A DNA stretch of 64,000 nt from Stylophora pistillata (Eukaryota), in assembly GCF_002571385.2 (NCBI RefSeq), contig NW_019217786.1:75961-139960 (forward strand). Reading direction: 5' to 3'. A program made the position numbers and the translations under genes. Below the pieces are notes generated by a model. That model saw only the letters and a list, made by a program, of their open reading frames with translations. It ran no database searches and was not told the origin of the DNA. The first letter of the stretch is position 1, and each line of letters starts with the position of its first letter. This document shows positions 24,801 to 38,300 of this stretch, piece after piece.

Positions 24801-27800
24801 TTTCCGTGATAAAAATCTATCCTTTTTACAAGGAACAACATTGTCTCAAAACTCAGTGTCATTCTCTGGGAACACAAAGTAACTTGGTGCCACTTGCTCA
24901 CTGCATGTTTGCTGTGTTTAAGAGGCATATGATAGTCCCTATAAGAAATTTTGAAAGAATTGGTTGGTCACCTTTATCATCCGTTTGCTACGATTCTTTA
25001 ATTCCGATTGCATCACGCCGGACGCTGAGCCAGATGTAAAGAGTACCTCGTTGCGTTGCGTCAGTATAAACCATACGTGCCTTTATCATTGAAACACTGT
25101 GTAGAAGTTTCACTGTATTCTCATATACTTTTTACAGAGACAAAGTGGTTGCGTCGCTATCAACCATTCACGGTCACGTGTTAAGAGAGTGCCACCAGAT
25201 CCCTTGGGCCGGGGACGACCATCTGTTGACTAGAGCCGAGTCTCCCCCTGAAGAACCCAGTGCAAGTGAACCGCGCTCGCTTTCGATCCTTCTAGAGAAA
25301 ATTAATTTGAAGCATCAACATAACGGAGTAGCCAACATAACCAGGGACGTGTTTGTCGGGCCCACCACGTACATACAGTTCATGCATTGCTTTAGACACA
25401 TCTTTAGGGACAAGAGAAAAGAGGCAAACGAACGAGTTGATCGACTTACGTAAGTTGATGCCAACGTTTGAACGATTTTCTAGTTTAGTCTATGTAGTAT
25501 ATGCATGAAAGAGGGATTTTTTTTGTTACTGCATATAAAAATTCCGCTCGTCTCAGTAGGAACCTCGTGATAAGGTTGATTCGCTCCAAAGCTGCGATCT
25601 CCTGCCTTGTGGAGCTTTTCCTAGCCTTGACTCAGCCCGGAATTCTCGATACAAAGTTCGCCGTGCACTAACCACGAGCCCTCCTCGTACTCAACGAAGA
25701 TCTTGCTGAGCAAAAAATTTTCTCAAACCCCCTTTGCTTTGCGTCCGTGAGTCTTTATCCACTATAAATGACTAACAAATCGCGATGTTAAGAGAGTAGG
25801 CTGAAATATTTTGATCAAGATAATGATTATGATCTTGCGTGCTCCTTGTTCAGGTTAACGCTCTTCTTATTTCGAGTTACAGTTTTTTGTACCAAGAGAA
25901 GGCTGTCCAGTGTATTTGTCGCACAACCTCTTACCATATTTTTACAACTTTTCTGTCATTTCCTAAGATTTTTTAAAACATAGTTACGATTTCTGAAACT
26001 AAAAAAAATGAGGATACGACTTGCCCAAAGTTGCTGTGGTGGAATAGCTAAGGCTTTGTTTTTCAGGATTGTATTTCCCTCAGTTTAGGAGTTGTTGTTG
26101 TTCGCAACCGCTAAAACAAGTTGTCTCGTCCGGTTTAACGGGAACTACTAATTGTCATCTTTGATTTTGTTCCGTTAAGAAACTTGTTTTAAATAAAGTA
26201 TTTCTTTTTCTCTGCCTGTTCGAGACGTATCTAGGACATTGACGTGTTCATTCACTCATTCTATTCTTTTACTTACGTTCTCTTCCTCTATTTCCGTCAG
26301 CCGCGCGCTAGAGACCCTTGAGCAAACTCGCAAAGATTCTGTGGTGATCAAGGATGTGATTGCAGAAACCAAAAAACAATTGTCTGTGGCTACGGTCAAA
26401 TCAGATCAGTTACTGGAAGCTCTCACTGCCAAAGCTACAGCGCTGGAGAAACTTAAAGCTAAACTTGGCGTCGGGAGTGCCACGTTGAGTGCATTTGTCG
26501 CACTTATTGATAGCGAAATTGAAGAGGATGACTTAGCTCTATTGCAGGTTAATTGATCTTACTGTTTTAAGCCTGTGAATGGGTTTTCTTTTCGAGAATG
26601 GGGCGAAGGGGATAGTGGAAAGAAAATGAGCTAGAATAGTGTAGGGTGTGGCAGGTGCTCTCCTTCTCCCGACTTTCTTCCTCGCCGGCCGCTTTACTCA
26701 GAGCCCATTCCTCCTCGGCCCTTTCAACCGAAGCCTGTTCACGGGCTAAATGTTTCTTACTCTTGTGCTGGTTTTGTTGTTAGCTCTAAATAAGAGGGAT
26801 GGCATTTTTGAGTTATAGGAAATCTCCATCTTTTAACAGTTAAGTAAAAGAAAGTCGACGCTAAGCCAGTTACTTTTGTTGTCTCTATCTTTCCTTCTTT
26901 GTCTATTTAGGTTTGTTTATGCCAGTTTGTCATTTAGTCAGTCCGTTCGTTTGTCTATTTGTCAGTCTGTTTGTTTGTCAGTTGGTCAGTCTGTTCGTTT
27001 GTCAATTAGTCAGTCTTTTCGATTGTCAGTTACTCTGGCTTTTCGTTGGTCAATTGGTCTGTCTTCTCGTTCGTCAATTTGTCAGTCTGTCTGTTCAATC
27101 ATTAATTGGAGCGGTAGTTCGTACATTTGATTCTTCCTTTGTTCCTTCGTTTTAAACTTTTTAGCCAAAACTTTGATTGTTAGCCTGTAATTTGAAATGT
27201 AGTTTAAGGCTTCTTTCTCACTTCGATGATTTCCTTTTCTGCCTTGTGTCTCCATCCGATTGTGCGTAGCAGGATGATGAGGCGGACGAGTTAGATGAAG
27301 AGTTTGAGAAACTGAAGAAAACCAACATAAAGAGCCGTCGATTAAAGGTACTGGAGGAGATTTCTCTCGCAGAGAAGGAAGTGGAGGACACTAAAGTAGC
27401 TATGAAGAAGGCTGAGGAGCAGGTTGGTTCAATAGAATTCAAACTGCTAGTTATTCCGGCCTCCTGTTGACTCTCAATTTTTTCATCATCATCATCTTTA
27501 TATGCCTTATTTTAACAATAAAAAATATTTAATGACAGTGAGTTAGAAGGCGGGGAGACCCAAGAAGCCACCAGGCTTATGGGAGAGCCACCTCACTTAC
27601 AATAATAAATTAAGTAAAGAAAAAGTGCTGCGAATGTGCGGCTTGGCCAATTCAGTGATTATTTAAGTAAAAACTCTTGCAATTTCGTTTTAAAGCTGAG
27701 AAAGTTTGACGAACGAGTGACTGAAATAGGGAGAGAGTTCCAAATTTTAGGACCTTGGTTGAGAATTGTAAATTGCTTGACATTTGTACGGCACAAATGC

Positions 27801-30800
27801 GTTCGATAATTACTGGCTGTTCTGGTACCATAGTTGTGAATTTGGCTATTCCTTACAAAAAGATCGAGAAGCAATGGGGGCAATAAGTTATTTTTGAAAT
27901 AAAACATAAATTTGGCGATTTCAAACGTATTTTGTTTAGAATTTGCCCATTGTGATTGCATATTCCAGGAAAAAGGAGGTGAAAATGGGCAAAGAAATTC
28001 ACTGCAGGGTTTTGGGTCGCTTTTTGATTGACTGTCGTTAATCCCTGGAGGAGAGATTCACACAGTATATCTCTCCATTTAGGAGTGTTAATGGCTACCG
28101 GGAATTTTCTGAGAGAGCTATAATCTCAGTCACCACCGGGATAAGCGAGGAGCCCTATAACTTGCTGGGTTTGCAATGCATGATCTAACCTCAACTATGT
28201 TGTATGCAGGTTAAGCACTGGATGCATAAGGTTGACAGATCTTTGTGCGAGCGCCTTAGAGCTTTCCAGAGCCCCCCACCTATGGCCGGCATGGTTATGG
28301 TGATGGTAATGGTTTTACTGGGTAGACCAGAGTTTGCTCCGGGCATTGGAGGAGCGGGATCCAGCGTCCCACCTCCGACAAGGCACGATCGGAGAGGAGA
28401 TCATAGTTCATCTCTTGGGACTGGCTCAGATGAAGCGTCTCGCGCGAGCTCCGCGACACACAAGAAACGGAGCATCAAGGAACAACCTCAGAAAGTAGGG
28501 CCACAGGCTGCACTGTTGGGTAGGAAATCATTTCATTCCTAAATGTGCGTCTTACTTGCTAAGCTTTTTATCTTAATGGTATCTTTTTCAAACTTGTTGC
28601 CATTAAATTACCCAGGAGAAACACTCAAAATATTGTGGACGTCTCAGAGATGTTGTGCTGTCTCTCTTTCTTCCCTTTCTTTTTTTCTTCCTTTCATCGA
28701 TATTTCTCTTTCTCGATCATAGGAGTCAACGCCGAAGGTAAAATTGACCGCTCAACATGGAAAGCTATCCAGCAAATAATGAATGACTCGCAGAAGTTTG
28801 TCGAATCTCTACATCACATTTCCAGGAAAGAGGGACTACACGACGACATCCTCAAGGGTGTTCAGTCTTTTTTGGCTGCATCCAGCGGCGGAGATGTCAC
28901 TGACAGTGACCTGCGCACTGCTGCTCCAGGTGCAAGTGCGAGCTCTTACCAGCCTTCCCCCGGTCGAGCCTCGTTTACCCCAGGTAAATGTTAGAAAGAG
29001 TTAGTGAGTCTATAGCCAACAAACGGGCTCTCCTATAAGGTTGGCCTAAACTTGATGGATAAACGGTTAAGATAATGGCCGGCAAAGGTGAAGCAGAGTG
29101 CAGAACACATACCATTTCCTTTGACCACATGTCAACAAATCTTTCTATCCAAGACTGTTTTTAGACCGAGGATTTCGCTGAAAGAGAGTTAAAGAAAGTC
29201 CTCCATTCCTGGACTCGGCAGCTTTATGATCAGCGCGCTGAACTAATTAATGAAAAAGTGCGGATATGGTTCCTTGCCGGGTCACTTTGTTCTTTGTTCT
29301 TTATAATAATAATAATAATGATCGTTTATTCAACCTTTTTGCAGCATACACTGAATTACAAGGCGGGTCGTTAATTACAAATACTTCTACGTTACACCTA
29401 AATATAACTATTATAGACATCAATTAAATGTAAATATTGAATACTATGTAAATAATAGATATTATGAGTATTAAGACGAATCGTAAATCGGTATTTTAAA
29501 CGTGGTTCTGGTATTTGATGGTGCAAACATTTCCGAATCTCTTAGATCTTGGGGAGGCAGGTACAGACACAGTTTCTCCTGTCCCAAGGGCTATGGTCTT
29601 GTGAATGCACAACGCGGCACTAACTTTCGTAGTAGGTCGGAAGAAGAGTGACTTCGCTTGAGGAATGTTATGCTCGCATCCTCCCTCCTCTGGCGCAGAA
29701 AAATTAAGCCTAATTTCTTAAGCGCGTTCTCATAACTCAAAGACGGAAAGATAATTTTTAGTGCCCTCTTTTGTACCGATTCAATGTGATCACTTAAGCA
29801 CTGTGTGAGGCCAGCCCATGCGAGGCTCGCATACTCTAAAACAGATCTGATGATGCTAGAATAGACAAGAATAAGCTGCCTATCAGTTAATCCGCACTTC
29901 TTAAGAGCACATATTACATATAACCGCTTGTTCCCTTTCCTTGCAATAATTTATGAAAGACATGTTCGTTCCATGTTCTTTGTTCTTTTGCTAATTTCTT
30001 CACTCTTCGAGTGCCTCGCTCCACCAAGAAGTTTAAGTGAATGCTCGGAAACTTTGATGGAAACATGAATTGCAGCGAGTGGGGGTAACTAGCGATACAT
30101 AAGCATCCCGGCCTATCACAGATGAATGAGTAGTTGATGATAACTCATCAATGGTCCCAAACTTTGTTGCTTTTGTTTTTGTTTTTGTTTCTGTTTTTTT
30201 TTGTTTTTGTTTTTTTTTTTTTCAAACAGAAAAAAAGCCTCAAGGAATCACCATCACAGCAGCCAAATATTCATCAGAGGATGCTGCGGTTCTCGTAGAG
30301 TATACTGTTGCTTTAGTGGAGTACACCAGCATGTATAATCCTTACAAGAAGGCTTGCGATACCTTGGAAGAGTTGGTGAGGGAACGCGAAGAGGACGAGA
30401 GACAAGCCGAGATCGATAAAAAAGCAGAAGACGCAGAAAAGGAAAAGGTTAGAAAAAGTTTTGAAAATCATTTCACCAAACAGTAACATCAGAGGAAACC
30501 CGTCAGAATTGTAAAATTCTTGTAAAATTAATGTTCTGTGGTCAGTCTGATGCAGCGCTTCTGACCTTTCGTAATTCGTAGGCGGAATCTCGTTGGATTG
30601 GGTTCAAATCACCTTGGTAAATTCAATATATTGGCGGTCTGACAGGATAATTGTTATAGGCTTGATTGGCAGTAGAGGTCGACTACTTGACATAAGGACG
30701 TAAGTCTATCTTTTGCTTCTGGGAGAAGAATCATTTAGCAGCACTGCTCCACGGAATACCTTTCTTTTTCTTCGCAAATTTTCATCGCAACATGGCCATA

Positions 30801-31875
30801 GATTGTTCATTTTGTTATTTAAAGGAAACTGCGCCTGAGCCAGAAGTTGAGCTGACCGAAGCTGATTTGCCAGGTCTCCAAGAAACTGTGACAAAGTTGC
30901 AGAAAGAGTATGATGAAGCAGTGGTGGTGAAACATGACCTGGGCAATGATGTCAGGTCATGTAGTGAGAGGCTGAAGGCCGCTACCGACTTACTGCATAG
31001 GTAAAGATGTCCCTTGAACTGTTTGTCCGTCTGTCTGTCTATCCATCTGTATGTCTTTCTCGGCTTGTCTGTGCGCATTTCTGTCTTTTTAACTGTCTCT
31101 CTATGTCTTTACCTATCTGTCTGTCTGTCTGTCGGTCTGTCTTTGTTTGTCTCTCTGCGTATCTGTCTGTGTCTGTCCCTCTGTCATTTTATATCGGTCT
31201 GCTTATCTGTCTGTACATCTGTCTGTCTGCTTGTCTCTCTGTCCGTTTGTCTGTCCGCTGATCTGTCTGTCAATCATCCAGTCTGCTAATCTGTCTGTAC
31301 ATCTGTCTGTCTGCTTGTCTCTCTGTCCGTTTGTCTATCCGCTGATCTGTCTGTGAATCATCCGGTCTGCTTGTCTGTCTGTTTATCTGTGTCTGTCTCT
31401 CTTTGTATGATAATGTCATAGAGGGATATATCGGCAATGGAGTTATTTTTGTCGTTCGTGGGTGGTCGACTCGGGTATGCAGTTGTTTCGTTCTGCAATC
31501 ACCATCCGATAGCATTGTCACCTGATTATGATCTATTTCCACTCATTGTGATGAATTGTTACAAGGAAATCAGAGTGGATCCTGGCTGAAATGAGTTCAG
31601 ACCGTAGGACTGAATCTTAACCACAAGTGCATCATCAGTCAGTATTCTAGTTCAACAACAGCTTGCTAATACTGTATGAAATTACCAAATCAGAACTATT
31701 ATTCCTCGTACCCAACTGGAGCTCTGAGAATCTAAATGATACATTGATTCATTCCTGGTAGAGGTTGTTGAGTATTCACAAGAAGTACGAGATATAACAG
31801 AATTCGATCAAGTTGTATTTGCAGCTGAAAACGAAAAGAATAACTTTTCATCCTTTTCTTGTTTCATTGCTAGTG

Positions 31876-31911
<36 letters not shown>

Positions 31912-32305
31912 GTAATTATCAATCTCATCTAAATTTTTGATGATTTTTTCGCGTAGCCTGAAATACATGGAGCGCGAGTGGAAAGCATATGTTGACGAGT
32001 ATACTTCATCTGAAATTCTGCTGTCTAACTGTATCGCTGGAGCAGCTTTTCTAACTTACTGTGGAGCAATGGGAGTCGACAGGAGGTAATGAAATCAGTC
32101 GATCTTGAGCTCACAGACTCGAGGAATCGCCTATGGCGATTTACTGAACTGAAGTGGACTTTAAAATAGACTAATTGTAATTATTTGCGCGACAACCCTC
32201 GGCCTCCTTTAACCCTCCAACCCCTGAGAGTGACTACCATTTAATTTCTCCTTACAATATCATCCCTGAATGGTAATAATAATAGTAATAATAATATAAC
32301 AATTA

Positions 32306-32349
<44 letters not shown>

Positions 32350-35300
32350 TTGGCTTTGCAATGACTGAACAGTGTGGAGAATATGCATACTGAACAGTGT
32401 GGAGAATATGCATACTGAACAGTGTGGAGAATATGCATACTGAACAGTGTGGAGAATATGCAGACTGAACAGTGTGGAGAATATGCATACTTAACAGTGT
32501 GGAGAATATGCATACTGAACAGTATGGAGAATATGCATACTCTAGTTAGGCTGTAAACAGTTTAAAGTGACCAGAGTAATTGAAGATAGTTATGAGAGTA
32601 GATACAAATGAATTTAACTCGATGGATTTTTTTCATACCCTCAGTGACCTGCGTGCAATATATTTATCAATAACCCACTGTTTTGTTTTCCTTCTCAGGA
32701 AACGGATGGGAAAGTTTTTTATGCAAGTTTGCAGGGATAATGGTTTGAAAGTCCAGTATCATCATCTCTTTGATCGTCATACCCTTCCAGAGTTCCTTAA
32801 GGGAAAGGTTTGTTTAGTTCATTGTGTATGAAATGTATCAGTAGCGAGGAGTGTTTTATTTAACAGCCTCGATTTACTTAATAGAGAGTTTTAGATCCCC
32901 GTTTGGTGTGTTAACCGCAATCGTGAAACTTAGGTTAGCAGTTTGAAGTTAGGAGTTAGACGTTTCGAGATTTTCAGCTTTTTAGATCGACGTCGGCTTT
33001 CACCCGAGAAAAATCTACATATGCGCCGCCATCTTGAATTCCACAAGAATGGAGGTCCTTCGATTCAAACACAAAATGTGCTTAAAAGTTTGGTTTTCTA
33101 ACGTCCCAAACGGACTGGTTAAAAAGAAAAGACTTCATCTCACATGTATTTACAGAACTTTTAAACAGAAAGAAGAAAAGCGCTGCAGGAGTTAACCTCC
33201 CTGAAACTACCTCGCTCAAAGTTCAAACTTGAACCCTAAACGTCGAACGCGACCGCTGGAGTCTGGTCACGTGACTTTTAGCGGTTTGCGGCAACACGTA
33301 TTCAGAAACAAACGCGGATCTAAAACTCTCTTATATAGATTTTTACGGCGGATAAAGCCGTAGTAAAGTGTGAATTGAAGATTTTCTGTGATACAACTCA
33401 ACAGATTGTTCTGAAGACATGGGAGAACATGCAACTTCCAACAGACCCCATTTCCATGGATACTGTGTGTATCTTCTCTCAGGAGGAGTGTTCGGACTCG
33501 TGGGCTTTGCTGTGTGATCCCCAGAGAATCGCTATTACTTGGGTATTGACCATGTTAGGGCAATCGACACTCGTCAAATACAAGGTGACCAATCTTGACC
33601 GGAATAATAAAAACAATGTTTTATGTTACTTATCATAACACGTGGAAATAAAGGGTGAAGCCTCTTTTGTGCAAGAAATTTTGAAGGGGTACATACGTTT
33701 TTCTCCGAGATCGTGCTTGGATATGACAAAACTTAACAGATTTGGTTGCTATTTCTGAATCTGTTAATTATTCTTATGCAAAACTCTTGCAAGATTATGA
33801 GGCCTCTAAAAGTTTGCTATTGGCTCAGTTGTTTTATCAAATTTGACGACTCACGTGAAAAACCCTCTCTTTACCCTCTTTTTTTTTTTTTTTTAATTTG
33901 TTGTCTTTTAGTTTGAATTGTTTTTGATTATTAAGAAACGTATTCAAAATAGCTTTGTGTTCCTTACTTTCTTGTTTGTTACGTATTTCAAAGTCACACA
34001 ACAGAGCCCCTGATGCTCCTGATTAAGGGTTCAGATTCACAGAAGTAATTTAACAAGCATCGCGCATAACGGTTTTCTATGTGTATTTCGACAGGAACTT
34101 CGTGGTCATCTGGAGACATGTTTAATGGAGGGCACCACTCTTGTGGTGACGGATGTCGATGTGAATGAGTTAGAGTATGATAGTAGATTCTACTTCATTC
34201 TCCGAAGTCGCTACAGGTTTCTTACATCAACTACTCCATTCAAACTCATGGTAAGATCTTACTAAGGAATGATAGCAATCGAAGATTTTGTGTTGTAGCA
34301 TGATGAATTGGGTGAAACAAGCCAACTGACAAGAATTCCGTTATCCTGTGGTAATTTGAAAGATGTTAGGTTGCTGATAAAGACGGGTACTTCTAGCGAC
34401 TAATAGTTTCGTCGTTTTAAGATACATCTCAACTTTAATGACAGACGCGTGTTTGTGGCAATGGAGAAAAATATTCCCATAAGACTCCTCGTTGCACCTG
34501 TTTAAAGAAGAATGAGTCATAAAGGCTGTTTTATGTGCTGGTGACTTATTAGTTTGTTTTGAGAGAGAGAGATTAACAAGTCATAGACAAGACTAAGAAG
34601 TAGAAATTGAGATCACCATAAAAACTTCAGCTGGTGACAAGACCGGGATTTAAACTCGGAGTGACCTACGTGACGTTCGAAACTTCAGACCTCTCAGGCA
34701 ATGCTGCCCTCGCGTAATGCTGTTCCCATTAATCGTGATATTCGTACAATTCTCTTTTAGGTTGGTGAACATGAAATTGAGTGCCAACCCGGTTTCAGGT
34801 AAGTTATGAAACATTTTACGCGTCAAATAGAATGACATGATCTGCTAACCATGCAGATTTGACAAGTAATTATGGCTTGCAACTTACGTTCGATAAATTT
34901 AGACGTGATTGTTTGAGTGATCAGTAGAGTTCAGCAAGAATATTCTCCCTGCTGTTATTATGTCGTGGACATAACTGGCTGGCCAGACTATAGGTGTAAT
35001 TTTGAGGGGAACTCATCGTACCAATAATTCCGTTGAATAATTCATTAACATTGAAGAAAACTGTTGAAAGAAAAGCCTTGTTTTTTTATGAAATAACTTG
35101 TCTAGTTGGTTAGTTCCATCCAGTACGCGCCTATTAAACAGATTAGTCTTTATCCTAGAGGTAACTTAGGTCCGCCTTCGGAATTTCCATACATATCACA
35201 TCTTATCTCCGCATTAGGTTGGTATTGGTTACGACGTTTTCAAGTAAAGCTGTCCCATCAAGCATAGCGGCTTATGTGAATGTAGTTGAATTTAGTCAGT

Positions 35301-38300
35301 CACGTGACGGCTTAGAGGAGATGTTCTTGGATAGATTCCTTAGACTTGAAAAACCAAGGATGCAGGAGACGAGGACACAAGTAGTGGATGTAAGGAGAAC
35401 AATGACAACAGTTCAAACTGCGTTGTATAAAGAGCTGAATCGTCAGACTATGCTAATAAGATTGCACCGCACTGTACCGTCCCGATTAGTTGATACTAAT
35501 TAACAATATTCACCAAAGTGGAGGTGAATATCGGTGGGTAATTACCAAACCGCGAAGCAGAAGACCTGCATTATGCGGTCGATGTGTGGTGATCTAATGT
35601 GGAAGTGATTGCATTGTGAGACTAATGATAGGTCTGCGTTGTTACACGAAGTGACTGATTACAAAATGTAACTCATGAATGGATTTCGCCCGCGAGAGGT
35701 TTTGGTGAGCGGTCTAGTCGTGAGTCGCTATTTACCAGGTTTCTGTGTGGAGTTGAAGATAACACTGATGTAATTTTTTTCCTTTTCAATTTGGCCGTTG
35801 CCTTTTTTAACAGGAAATGGTTACTCTGATGGAAGGTTTACGTGAAGCAGAAGAGAACATGCTAGAATGTTTAGGGAGTGGACATCGCCTTCTTCACAAC
35901 TTAGCAGCCACCAAGAAACTTGCCTCTATAAAGAAACAGCACGAGGAAATCGTTGAAGGGTTGGTATAATTTATTTCACTCGCGCGATCGAAATGGCATT
36001 TCTCCTTCTTGTTCCGTCTTGTTTTCTCTGATAATTGTCTTCCTGTTTAAATAGTATTCTCCAGTTGATTTTTTTTCATCTCTAATCACCTCTTTGCTTG
36101 AAAATATAAAGATGTCATAAGGAGAAATGATTTTTTAGTCACCCCTTAGGGCGAGGAGCAAAGGGTTCCGTCTGAAGTCTGTAAAGAAACACCATTTGAG
36201 TGTTTTCAACTTGTTACAAACTTGTTACTTGAAACCACAAAACCACACCAAAGAATAAAACTGTTCTGATTGTTTTGTGTCAAAAATTTAGGAAAATATT
36301 CATGTTCGCATATTAACAAGTGACTCTCCAACACCTCTCAACCTGTCGGTGTTTTAAAATTTGTATATGTTACCAGCCAACCTTTCTTTTATTGTCTGAA
36401 GCCAAACACGGTCTCGAGGCATTGAAAACTCTCTTCTACAATCACGTGAGGGATATCGACCAATTGCTCGTCGAGCAGCGGTGATGTTCGATGTCGCTAG
36501 GATTATGGCCGAGATCAATACTGCATACCAGACTTCTCTCGCTCAGTTTCTGGTGGTTTTTGATGCTGCTATAAAACACTCCGAAAGGTAAACCCGTGTG
36601 AACTTACTTATGATGGCTTGAAGCCCAAACTCACGTGTAGAAGCGGCTAAGGCTTACTGTATTTCGCGCAAGGGTGTAAATGGGATAGAATCAAATGACC
36701 AACACTTTATACTCTAACATCAGTTTTCATATTCCCCATACTCTTCTCTATACATTTCATTAGGTGCTTACGGTCCGAGATTCGTTAGTTGGTGATCTTT
36801 TCCTTTATTCGTTTGACCTTAATGAATGACTCAGGGGTGATATTGAAAGGAGAAATTAGATGCTGGTCACTCTTATGGTTTAATGGGCTAAGGACAAAGT
36901 AGGAGATGGCGAAGGGATTCTCTAAACTGGAATTTTATTTTTTCCATAAAAATTTTAACTTACTCAAATTGGTTCATACTTACAGAAAGTAGTTTCCGTA
37001 ATGATTTTCAAACCTTTTTGTTTTTACTCGATTGAATGTCTGACGTATTTTCGGCTTGCCGAGAAGAACGTTTCATTAACGATCATTGCCTTCATTTTAG
37101 TATGTGCTACTGTCAATCGCACATCCTTTTCTTCAAGTCGGTTTCCGTTTTTGATTTTTGGAGACGAGTTAAAAGGCCAGCGAGGGTTAAAAAATGGCAG
37201 CTGCATTTGTTGTGTGTCCTTTGTCCTCATCCTTCGCGCAGATCCGCCATTTTCCGCTTTCTTTCTTTCTCGGCCGTTGACCTTGAACGAGACCACAAGC
37301 TACCTTTCTACTAGAAATGGGGGAAAAAAACTAGCACGTGTGAATTGACAAAAAACTTCCAAGCCACTTATGGTATTCTCCAAGAGAATTTTTTACAGAC
37401 TGTTTAAGAATTTACTCTTTTCTTTCTCTTTCAGAACTGCTGTAAAGGCAGTGGTGGAGAGGTTAACTCAAAGTGCGTTCTACACGGCAGCTCGAGCTCT
37501 GTTTGAACGAGACAGGCCTCTTTTCTCCTTACTTTGTGCCATTGAGGTAAACTTCTGTCAAGTCAGGCTTGCTTAATTATTAGTTCTTGGTGGTGGCACC
37601 GTTAATTCTTCAATTTTTGCCCGGATAGTGGTAGAGCCTGTCACAGTGTTGGTCATTTTAGTGTGGAGAGATGTCTCTGAATGTGAAAATGAAAAAATTG
37701 TAACGAGTTGAAAATCATAAAATCTTTTGATTGAGACACCTTTTAGGGCGAGGAGACTTAAAGAAAAGAAATTACTTCGAGGTTGAAGGACGATTTATTA
37801 TTTAATGTAAACCACGTGAGATGAGATGAGACGGGCTTTGTTGGTTGGTGCATTAGCTCATAAACTGTATCATAAGGTTCTCCCTTATTACTACCCGAGT
37901 CATTGCGTTGAGTGAAACAACTTTACCATTACATTATCTCTCCCTCGCCCAGGAGTTTAAAAGGGTAGCAGTGACTTGTAGCAAACGAAGCGACGGATAG
38001 GAGAGAGGCCCAGTCTTAAGTATATCTTTAGGCTCATAGGGTTAATTCAGTGATAGCCAGTTTCAATAATTATTGACTGAAGGAGAAACTGGCTGTTTAT
38101 ATCAACGTCTTCTTCGTTGTGTTCACTTGTAGGTTGAAGACTCAAGTGGTCGTGTAGGCCCTGGGGACCGTGAGTTCTTGATTCACCCATCATTCGGTGC
38201 GGCCGTGAAGACCGCGCTTCAACCCAGTGCCTTGTCTGAAACTGCTTCTCGCACTCTTTCTAAAAAGCCTTTTGATTGGTTATTGGATGAGCAGTATTCC

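Noticed and set aside
31007-31542. Overlapping ORFs with CLSV-like repeats (also 26876-27155, 39345-39621, 57035-57269, 32241-32513)
   Set aside because: They are translations of simple or tandem repeats.
32364-32541. Regular 25-bp repeats resembling a CRISPR array
   Set aside because: The units are head-to-tail with no spacers, lie in a eukaryotic intron, and derive from a MITE.
37001-37348. Three overlapping ORFs within an intron
   Set aside because: No protein motifs, and the flanking exons already join in phase; probably an unclassified repeat fragment.
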